Assembly: GCA_951406725.2 (NCBI GenBank)
Contig: OX597814.1
Span: 24,986,001 to 25,050,000 of the forward strand
DNA from: Octopus vulgaris
Lineage: Eukaryota
Reading direction: 5' to 3'
Length of the DNA stretch: 64,000 nt
The notes under the pieces were generated by a model, which saw only the letters and a list, made by a program, of their open reading frames with translations, was not told the DNA's origin and did not search any database. The stretch's first letter is position 1; every line of letters begins with the position of its first letter. Positions 53,890 to 64,000 of this stretch are shown piece by piece. The position numbers and the translations under genes are program-made.

Positions 53890-54730
53890 AGTCGGGCAAT
53901 AGGGTCGGTAGATGTTCCACTTTAGATATTTACAGAGGATTAGTAGCAGGGAAGTGCAACGACGTCCTCGGGGAGACCCAAGGCGTCGACGTAAACGAAC
54001 TGGCAAGTCCATTCTGGTCGGGGGCTGTTATGGATAATTCCCAGATGTTTTTGGCTTGGCATTGATACCGGTGCGAGATAGACACTACAGGCACGAATGT
54101 GCTGTCAGACAGGTTTGTCTGTGGTGCTCACTGAGTGAAGAAACCATTCTGCATGTATTTGTTCATGTAGGATATATCCGTCTGTCAGCTGAGTCCATAA
54201 TGATGGTTTCCCTGCCACCCTCCTTTATTTGGGCTGACAAGGCAGTATTTCTTTTTCTGGTGGCTGTGGTGAAAGAGGTTTTCTGGTGGACGAGGCTGAA
54301 ATGAATGAGGGCAGAAACATTCCTCTTTGGTAAAGCCCTCATTGATGCTTTCAAGAGTCTCTTGGAAAGGTAAGTGAGGGTACAGAGGGAGGTCCTGTCC
54401 TTGAGTGAATTTATGAAAAGGTGGGTGAAAGTTGCTAAACTGGCAAGAGTGGATGGCACCACTTTCAGCGTAGACCTGTGAGCTGGAAGTAAGAAGTTAG
54501 AGAGAGCTCTTGTCCTTGGTATTGAGGGTGATTTTGGATGGTGGGGTTCCTTGAGTATTCTTAGAGGTCCTCCTATAACAGGGTGATCCCATCATAATCA
54601 CTTTTTCCCCCTTTCTCTAGTGTCGTATACTATATATATTTCCTTTCTTCTAAGGTACACTATGTATACTTTTCATTTTATCATTCCATTATATGCAAAT
54701 CCCAACCCTTTATATCTGTCTTTGTATTGT
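53890..54730 (+). mobile_element. Tx1/L1-group LINE 3' fragment (zf-RVT-like)
   Basis: LIPVRDR...CLWCSLSEETILHVFVH...VVKEVFWWTR followed by a pyrimidine-rich 3' UTR. Confidence 0.7.
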
Positions 54731-54734
54731 TAGT

Positions 54735-54935
54735 AAGGTGACAAGCTGGCAGAATCATTAGCATGCTTTGTGGCATTTGGTCCATCCTAACATTCTGTGT
54801 TCAAATTCCACCAAGGTAGACCTGCTTTCATATTTTCGGGGTCAATAAATTAAGTACCAGTTGCATACTGGGGTTGATCTAATCGACTGGCCCCCTCCCT
54901 CAAAATGTCAAGCCTTGTGCCTATAGTAAAAAGGA
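54735..54935 (+). mobile_element. SINE family B
   Basis: Head, B box and core match. Confidence 0.82.
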
Positions 54936-55218
54936 TTATTATTTTTTTTCCTTCTTTCTTCAAATTTTCTTCCATTTCTCGCCGAGTGTTTTCCCATACA
55001 CTTAGTGCAGAGAAACTCATTCTATGCATTCCTAGATTACACATGCAAATTCACTGGTAAAATATGTATTTAAAAAATTAATAAATAAATAAATTCATGA
55101 ATGGATGTTGCTTTCACAGCGATAATGCTCTTCTCAGTACATGAGTTGTTCCAGTTAACATGAATTTATGCACTTCCTGTAGTAATCCTGGTATCATTTT
55201 CAAATAGGTATCAGTACC

Positions 55219-55220
<2 letters not shown>
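54935..55220 (-). mobile_element. R4/Dong-like LINE extreme 3' end
   Basis: KGTDTYLKMIPGLLQEVHKFMLTGTTHVLRRAL, homologous to 62700-62814. Confidence 0.8.
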
Positions 55221-55268
<48 letters not shown>

Positions 55269-55299
55269 CATTATTAGCAGCAGCAGCAGCAGTAGCCGT

Positions 55300-55374
<75 letters not shown>

Positions 55375-55390
55375 TGTAGTAGTAGTAGTT
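55219..55390. repeat. Compound (TTA)n(GCA)n(GTA)n microsatellite
   Basis: Direct reading. Confidence 0.95.
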
Positions 55391-55854
55391 CTTGTCTTAG
55401 TACATTGCATAATTCATTGAAGAGTTACAGAAATTGTTCTGAATATCAACAACAATATGTGCATGCTTGTGTGTATATGCATATATAAATAATCAATTGA
55501 CTATGAAATACATTTTTACTTGTAAGTGATCTTAATTATCTTGGGTATTTGATAATATATAGGATAGTAAATAACAATAAACAATGACAAAAGAAACAAC
55601 TATTAAGCAGATATCAATTCTATCATATCAGCTAAAACAGATTTAGATTGCTGATTAATAGAATAGGTAGTGAGAGAGAGAGACAGGCAAAATGTCATGC
55701 AGTATTTAACTACAGCTACTTATATTTAGAGTTCAAATTCTGTTGGCTGAAATATACCTTTTACCCTCCTTGTGTTTATAGAGTAGAATATCAATTAAGT
55801 CATGGGTTTGATTTAATCAAGTGCAGCATGTCACACGCACGCACACACACACAA

Positions 55855-55902
<48 letters not shown>

Positions 55903-56834
55903 TAAAAAAAAACTATAATTTTAAGCCTTGAGCCAATGTTACAAATTGTTATCATGATAGATCTCCATTAAAACTATTCTATCTATTATGGAACTAACTT
56001 GGTTTACACTGTAATAATTCCAGGGTAGTGAACAATTCTAATGCATTAAGAAACCATAACAATGACCTGATGGGACCCCATGTTGATGGACTAATTAAAC
56101 ATGCTACAAAGGTGCTGGTATTTTAATGATTTAAGATAACACAAGGCCAGTCGTGCTGGCATAAATTGAGTGGCAGAAATTATTAGGTAATATGAAGGCA
56201 GTGTGATGACTCACAGCATGAATAGGCCTTGTGCCTGAGGATTAAGAAAATATGAATGTACGTCCCCTAAGAGGTGTCTTTTATTTTCAATGAGAGATTG
56301 CATTTACTTGCTTCGGTTTTGGAAGATGAATGAGTCAGACAGAAATTTGGATACTGATTCAATAGGCATATGCCAGACTTTCTTGATGGTTGGTAGAGGT
56401 AGTGGTAGTGGTGGTGGATGTAAATTACCAAGATTCAGTCAAGTAAAGGTGACAAATGAGACAGACATCTTTTAAATTAAATTTGGTTCAGTGTACATCA
56501 AAAGAAGATAAATGAGAAAATGCCTTTCCTTGTAAATGTTCAGACATTTTCTGTCAAAGACCTAACAGAGCCATTATTGTAAACTTGTAGTTTCTAAATA
56601 GCTGGCTATGCAAACCCATAATGAGTTAGTCGTTATCTGCATTTTTACTTGCTTGCTTGTTTTGACTTTTTAATCACTTTTGGTAATATATTGATTATCA
56701 TGTTAGGCCTCCCAGACAAAAATGAGGCTGGAGTGTGATGCTCGGAAAAATATTGTATTCCTGATTAATTCATTCCATGCCGAATGTTAAACTGATGAGA
56801 ATGACAATGTTGCTGATGTTGTTGATGATTAATG

Positions 56835-56835
56835 G

Positions 56836-56867
<32 letters not shown>

Positions 56868-57140
56868 TCAACAATGATGACAACGCAAACAATGATGATG
56901 ATGATGATGATGAAGTTGATGAGGATGATGATGATGGTGGTGATGATAATATCAACTGCAGCAACAACAGCACTCCTCCGCTTACTCCACCTATCCTCTT
57001 CCTCCTCCTCCTCCTACTACTACTATATGTAATAATAATGAGACGAAGGAGGAGGAGGAGGAGGAGGAGAAGGAGAAGGAGAAGAAGAAGAAGAAGAAGA
57101 AGAAGAAGAAGAAGAAGAAGAAGGACAACAACAACAACAG
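56835..57140. repeat. Compound trinucleotide microsatellite (GAT, CCT, GGA, GAA, ACA)
   Basis: Direct reading; explains the poly-D/L/R ORFs. Confidence 0.95.
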
Positions 57141-59329
57141 TTAACAATGCAGCTATAAAGAGGGGAGAAAATTGCAAGAGCAGGGTAAACAAACTATTAG
57201 CCTTTCAGCTCATGCATTTTGAGTGTGTATCTCATTGCATGTTGTGTGTTATGTCAATGACTGTGGTCTAAGTAGTGATACTCCACATACCCAAGTCAAT
57301 TACTACCAAATAATAATAAAAAAAAAGATACCACAACAGAAATGACTTGATTATAAACGGAAACTGACCTGAAAATGATGAGATGTTTAGCATTCCTTTT
57401 AATTCATAAATAAAATCCAAGTACATTATCTCAGCTTTTAGTTAACCTGAAGAATAATAAAAAAATGTTATTTATTAGATAACCTATATAAGCCACTTTT
57501 TGTTTTCATAAGCAAAAATCTCATGACAACACAATGATGTGTATTCAATAATGAAGCTTGACAAAACTTCAAGATCAAGTTTTCTATATACAAAAATCCT
57601 GCTCTGAAAAAATAGCAGAAAATTACCAATGTAGAGTGTATATTTTTATATGATAAATCAGCTGTAAGAAAAGTAGATCTGAAAACATCTTGATTATTTA
57701 AAATGCAGCAAAATGATGCCATGGAAATCAAGGTTAGATGTTATGATTAAGATAATGATATGACTTCTTAAAATATGTATCTTTTTCCAGCTAATTTTAT
57801 TCCTTTATTTCTACTTTTCTCATCTGTTCTTAATTTTGTTCAATTGTTGTAAGATTTGTATACAAAGTTGTTTCATTAATATTTGGTGTAATGACTATTT
57901 TGTTGGTTTATTATTCAAATTAATGTGATGGCTCCTTTAATGAAAAAAAAAAAATAGACATCTGTCTCATTTCAGGAAGGGAATTATCAAAAGAAACAGA
58001 AAAAAAAGGGGAAATGTAGATATGTTATTAAGGACCATACATAAAATAGTAGATAAAAAAAAGAGTCAGCAGATAGAAAAATAAACTATCTGGGTTTAAA
58101 AAGAGGCTTGAGTCCAAGAGTTAAAAGAAGGGTTACTAACTAGCTGCCATTGCCAAGAAGCTGACTATAATCTTCTTATTGAAGTATTTCTCCACAAGCA
58201 ATGGAAGAACTGCAATTGTAGACATACCAGTCAGGAATCTGTGAAAAAATTTGGAATTTGTAATTAGACTTCTACTTGAAAGCCTCAATTATCATAAAAA
58301 CCAAAAGATAGAAAGTAATTTCTTAAAATGTATGAGCAAAAAGACCTAATTTCATTCAAATTGATTTACTCTACTCCAAGATGACCATTGTAAGATGTCA
58401 GAGAAGATCAAATAAAAATTCTGGGAAGATTGCCAACAACTGACAGGAAAGTGTTATTACATGAGATGTAGTGTTATGCTATATATATATATATATATAC
58501 ACCTATACACCCAGTCATTCTCTGTAAAGTATCACAGCACAATGTTAGAAGAAATTTTACAAAAGTAACATACCTTTTTATAAATGCTTGCATGAAACAG
58601 TGAGGAATCTTCTGTTCTGTTGCTGATCCTGCTAGAAATAATAGACAAATCACCTTCAAATCACACCATATAATCTTAAAAGACCCATTGAATAATGTAG
58701 ACCCTGACATACTAAAACAAATCAGTCATGATTAGAATGCCTATGATTGTAGGCCTTTTCACAGATTAAACTCAATAATATAAGCAACAACAAAAGCTTG
58801 CTGGGAAACATAATATCATAATTATTTAAATCTATCTAGTTTTGTATTCTGCTTCTTGTTACTCACAGAAATATATATCATATATGTTACCCATATTAAC
58901 TAACAGCATAAATGCATGTATGTATTTAATTATTATAATTTTTTAAGCGAAAACAATGCAAGTTATATAAATAATTCAGATATTTATGGTTTTAATTGGT
59001 ATTTCAATATTTCAGGTTAGAACCCCTTCTTCAAGTAATCTTTGGAAAATAGGTGTGATTAGCAGATTTTTCTATCTTCTAGAAGTCAGTTTACAACACC
59101 TTTTCTCCAAAGATTCCCTGAAAAAGAAGTCATAAGGTAAAATTATTATTTTTATAAATTGCATTGTTTAGGTTTTTAAAAAGATAAATAAGGGCATTTA
59201 TAATAATGAAACAGAGCTTCATGAAAACTATAGTACTCTAAAATATGTGTGTGAACAGGTGTACGTGTGTGTATGTAATATAATATGATATAATATAATG
59301 TGTGTGTGTCTAGGTTTGCAGGCATGTGT

Positions 59330-59565
59330 GTGAATGTATGTCTGTGTTAGTCCCCCACCATCACTTGGCAGCCGATGTTGATGTGTTTACGTCCCTCTAA
59401 CTTAGCAGTTTGGCAAAAGAGACTGATAGAATAAGTACTAGATTTACAAAGAATAAGTCCTGGAGCCAATTTGTTCAACTAAAGGCAGTGCTCTAGCATG
59501 GCTACAGTCAAATGACTGAAACGAGTAAAAGAATAAAAGAATAAGTATATATATATGTATGTATG

Positions 59566-59619
<54 letters not shown>

Positions 59620-59803
59620 TATATACATATGTATATCTATCTATCTGTCTATTTATATATATATATATATAATACAATAAGATATTATAAGACTATATTA
59701 ATATATTAACACATATTAGACATATTATAATATTGGTGGGCGTAGCAATTAATGCCAAAAAGATTAAATTAATAAATGAGGGTGAAAAATAGCACCTTCA
59801 AGT

Positions 59804-59863
<60 letters not shown>

Positions 59864-59923
59864 GGGCCGACCAAAGCCTTGTGAGTGGATTTAGTAGACG
59901 GAAACTGAAAGAAGCCCGTCGTA

Positions 59924-59954
<31 letters not shown>

Positions 59955-60350
59955 GCGTGTGTGTGTTTGTGTGTTTGTGTTTGTCCCCCTAGCATTGCTT
60001 GACAACCGATGCTGGTGTGTTTATGTCCCCGTTACTTAGCGGTTCGACAAAAGAGACCGATAGAATAAGTACTGGGCTTACAAAAGAATAAGTCCTGGGG
60101 TTGATTTGCTCGATTAAAAAGGCGGTGCTCCAGCATGGCCGCAGTCAAATGACTGAAACAAGTAAAAGAGTAAAAGAGTAAAGAGATATACATATATACG
60201 ACAGGCTACTTTCAGTTTCTGTCTACCAAATCCACTCACAAGGCTTTGGTCAGCCCAAGGCTATAGTAGAAGACACTTGCCAAAGGTGCCACACTGTGGT
60301 ACTGAATCAAGAACTATGTGGTAGGCAAGCAAGCTACTTACCACACAGCT
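59330..60350. mobile_element. Cluster of SINE family A fragments (59330-59545 +, 59863-60185 +, 60190-60350 -) among TA tracts
   Basis: Matches to family A. Confidence 0.85.
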
Positions 60351-60768
60351 GTGTTCCATGCTTAATACTGCAAGATCCTCAGCAGACGACTGTATGCAGA
60401 ATAAATACGTATGTTCATAAGTAAAATTTGTTTAGTTGGCATTTCAGTACTGTTAGCTGAAAAACCACTATAAAACCTTGTTCACTGAATCATAACAGAT
60501 GGCTATCACTGTGAAAGTATGTATGCTCTAAACCTGCAATATCTACAGAATGTATAAGAAAGTGTGTGTGTATGTATGTGCGTAAGTCACCCTAATGTTA
60601 TAAAGTCCAGCGATAAAAATTACAAAACACATTCAGAATTTTCTAACTGAGCCATAACTGATGAAAATCTCAGGGCAAGACCATTTATTTCAATTTTATT
60701 ACAATAAATAATAATAAAATTTTTAATACATACATGCATGCATACATACATACATATATATATTTATA

Positions 60769-60814
<46 letters not shown>

Positions 60815-60836
60815 AATATATATATGTATGTATGTA

Positions 60837-60878
<42 letters not shown>

Positions 60879-61271
60879 GTGTAAAAAAATAAATAATAAA
60901 AAGAACAATACAGGAAGAATAAAGTTTGACAAATATGGTATTAGTTTAATGCTTCATTTAAGATAAAAGTACTTTAATGTTTTAGACGTTAGTCCTTTAT
61001 TTCTCTGAGATTTTTACAAGTTCTTTCTTTTATATCAGAGCAAACAAACATTAATACATGGTTAGATAAATATATACGCATAAATACACGTAAAGAAATA
61101 TAAACACTCTGATTTCAAGTACAAGGAGTTTGAACTGATTCACTGTTTTTTTTTTCAATTGTATATGCCATTAACTTCCTCAACCCACCCTCAACACACA
61201 AATATTATATGTATGTTTGTATGAATGATATGTCTGTGCATACACATGTACATCATACATACGATGTAGAC

Positions 61272-61302
<31 letters not shown>

Positions 61303-61307
61303 CAGAC

Positions 61308-61349
<42 letters not shown>

Positions 61350-61483
61350 ATAGATAGACAGACAGACAGAGAGATAAACAGGCAGACAATCCTTGAAAAG
61401 AATGAAAGTTACAGCCATCTACTTGGCAGAACTCAATCTGTCAACTTTCGACCTAATATCTACTTAACTATCTATCTATTTAG

Positions 61484-61530
<47 letters not shown>

Positions 61531-61553
61531 CCCCTCTCTTTCTCTCTCTCTAA

Positions 61554-61635
<82 letters not shown>

Positions 61636-61690
61636 GGGATGACCACTAAGTGGACATCCATTATGCTAGAAGTAGACCCCCTATGATTTA

Positions 61691-61728
<38 letters not shown>

Positions 61729-61893
61729 CACAGAGCAAACAATTCATGAGAAAAATAGTTCATGAAAAATTTAATTTGTAAAGATATCATTAACTCTTTC
61801 TTTATCCAGTGTAACAATTTTAAAAATAACAATAACAGAATCAATAATATAGGTGATTGCAGGTCCCAAAAAGCATTAAATAGCTGAAGGATT

Positions 61894-61989
61894 AAAATTA
61901 ATCAAAGGACATACTAAGTATGTCTAACAAGTGTTTTGACTGTTATTTCCAGCAGGTAGACATACTTAGTATGTCCTTTGATTAATTTT
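61894..61989. repeat. Perfect 33-bp inverted repeat with a 30-nt loop
   Basis: AAAATTAATCAAAGGACATACTAAGTATGTCTA (61894-61926) and its reverse complement (61957-61989). Confidence 0.95.
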
Positions 61990-62039
61990 CTGGTTCTGTC
62001 TGTGATGGTGTCACAGAAAAAAAATACTGAATACTGGTG

Positions 62040-62532
62040 GTTGTGCAACATAAAATTCACTTACCCTCATCATGAGTGCTGAAATATCAAATAAAAATAG
62101 AAATGAGAACGGTGTGAATGAGGCTGGAACAACTCTCACCCAGCTGTGCCCCATGGGTGAACAGAGTGGGTCTAATCCTCATCAAACAATTGCTAAAAAG
62201 TGGATGAAAGAAATGAATGTGGTTGTAATGGAGTGCTACTTTCTAGATAATCCAAGAAATAATAGTGAAGTGGTAATAGCGATGGTAATTGGAACATTAG
62301 GAGCAATTTCCAACGGATCTAAAAAACATATTAAGAATATTGGAGCTGCTATCAGGCTGGAGGTGATCCAGAAGACAGCATTGTTGGGTACAGCTCACAT
62401 TCTAAGAGAGTTTTGGCTCTTTGAGTCACAGGACATGGTACTACTTGAAACCTTTGGTGATTCGTTGTTGTCTGCTTTCAAGTAAAGAATAACCGGTAAG
62501 AAAGAACTATCTGAGGAGAATCTTTAATAATA

Positions 62533-62578
<46 letters not shown>
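62040..62578 (+). mobile_element. Internally deleted R4/Dong-like LINE with (TAA)n tail
   Basis: ORF 62072-62485 joins N-terminal KKWMKEMNVVVMECYF to C-terminal VIGTLGAI...IQKTALLGTAHILR. Confidence 0.75.
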
Positions 62579-62599
<21 letters not shown>

Positions 62600-62606
<7 letters not shown>

Positions 62607-63000
62607 AATTTGACAAGCTCAGAAAATATAAAGACCTGCTCATTGAAACTGAGAAAATGTGGCATCTCAAGGCGGTTACAATACCAGTGATCGTAGGAAT
62701 GATCAAGAAGGGAACCGAAAATTATATGAGAATGATCCCTGGCTTACCATCCCTGCAAGAAGTGTAAAAGATTGTCTTAACTGGTACATCACATGTATTG
62801 AGAAGAGCATTGTGAGAACTATTACTACCCATGTATTTTAATTTAACTTTATTTCTATCAAAAAAAAAAAAATTAACGAACTAGTGAGTTTAGTTTAATG
62901 GCCTACCAATGTATACTATGAGTTTCTTTGCCCTAGGAGTCGGGAAGACACTCGGCAAGAAATGGAAGCAAATTTGAAAGAAGAAAAAAACCCCATAAAT

Positions 63001-63038
<38 letters not shown>

Positions 63039-63046
63039 TAATAATG
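62600..63046 (+). mobile_element. Second R4/Dong-like LINE 3' end with (AAT)n tail
   Basis: DKLRKYKDLLIETEKMWHLKAVTIPVIVG...VLTGTSHVLRRAL. Confidence 0.85.
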
Positions 63047-63391
63047 AAGTATTGCAAGGCATTTGTTAAGCTATTTGTTAGTGATAGATATAGTTGTTAT
63101 TGCAGCTGTATAGAATTTCTAGAAATCAGATGAACTAAGGATGAAATGTCCACATTTTATTCTTCAAACTGATTCTCTAGTTTTTCCTGGACGTTCTATA
63201 AGTATCTATAGACCTTATCACTAGTAATAAGATTCTTGAAGCATTTTTATGTAGCATAGATTATCATAATATCATTATCGTTGTAATGGTTCATATACTA
63301 ACAAGCCTTATCCACCCTAGCTCTAGCAACAAATACTAATGACTAATATATACTTTACAGTATTTATGATATTATTTTAGTTCTAGGATAC

Positions 63392-63825
63392 TCTCTCTTT
63401 ACTTGTTTCAGTCATGTGACTGTGACCATGCTGGAGCACCGCCTTTAGTCGAGCAAATTGACCCCAGGACTTATTCTTTGTAAGCCTAGTACTTATTCTA
63501 TCGGTCTCTTTTGCCGAACCGCTAAGTTACAGGAACATAAGCACACCAGCATTGGTTGTCATGCGATGTTGGGGGACATGTACAGACACACAAACATATA
63601 CACACACACACATATATATATATACATATATATACTCTTTACTCTTTTACTCTTTTACTTGTTTCAGTCATGTGACTGTGGCCATGCTGGAGCATCACCT
63701 TTAGTCGATCAAATCGACCCCAGGACTTACTCTAAGGACTTATACTAAACCTAGTACTTATTTTATTGGTCTCTTTTTTGCCGAACCGCTAAGTTACGGG
63801 GACAAACACAGACACACAAACATGC

Positions 63826-63830
<5 letters not shown>
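63392..63830 (-). mobile_element. Two tandem 3' halves of SINE family A
   Basis: TTACTTGTTTCAGTCATGTGACTGTG repeated at ~63399 and ~63655. Confidence 0.88.
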
Positions 63831-63862
<32 letters not shown>

Positions 63863-64000
63863 GAAAGGGCTTAGTAAAATAAATTACTTTGCCACATACT
63901 GAACTCATTAGAAATAGTAGCTAAAAAAACTTTTTTAAAACTATTTCTAATACTTAAAGAAAATCTCTCTCATATAGTGTTTGCTCAATTCAACTCACGA

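Noticed and set aside
56770-57271. Poly-D/L/R ORFs of 140-164 aa
   Set aside because: Compound trinucleotide microsatellite with no coding evidence

Overview
AT-rich, microsatellite-dense eukaryotic non-coding DNA (intronic or intergenic). The repeat families resemble those of coleoid cephalopods, most likely Octopus; this is inferred from recognising SINE/LINE families, not from a database search. No intact protein-coding gene, rRNA, true tRNA or CRISPR array is supported, and most ORF-track entries are translations of microsatellites or SINEs. The window holds tRNA-derived SINEs (CORE-like and MetaSINE-like), RTE, R4/Dong-like, CR1-like and Tx1-like LINE fragments, Penelope-like element (PLE) remnants, a decayed Gypsy pol, a solo LTR, a Tc1/mariner remnant and a piggyBac-type MITE. 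The main signals are: (i) hammerhead ribozyme motifs in PLE-like elements, including a (TA)n-embedded fold-back element with a hammerhead in each arm and a PLE end with a tRNA-like Pol III promoter just upstream of a hammerhead; (ii) templated local captures, namely a SINE insertion carrying about 250 bp copied from 3 kb away and a ~500-bp inverted duplication; (iii) an older inverted paralogous pair centred on an exon-like segment, plus a few orphan exon candidates. All alignments and folds were done by eye.
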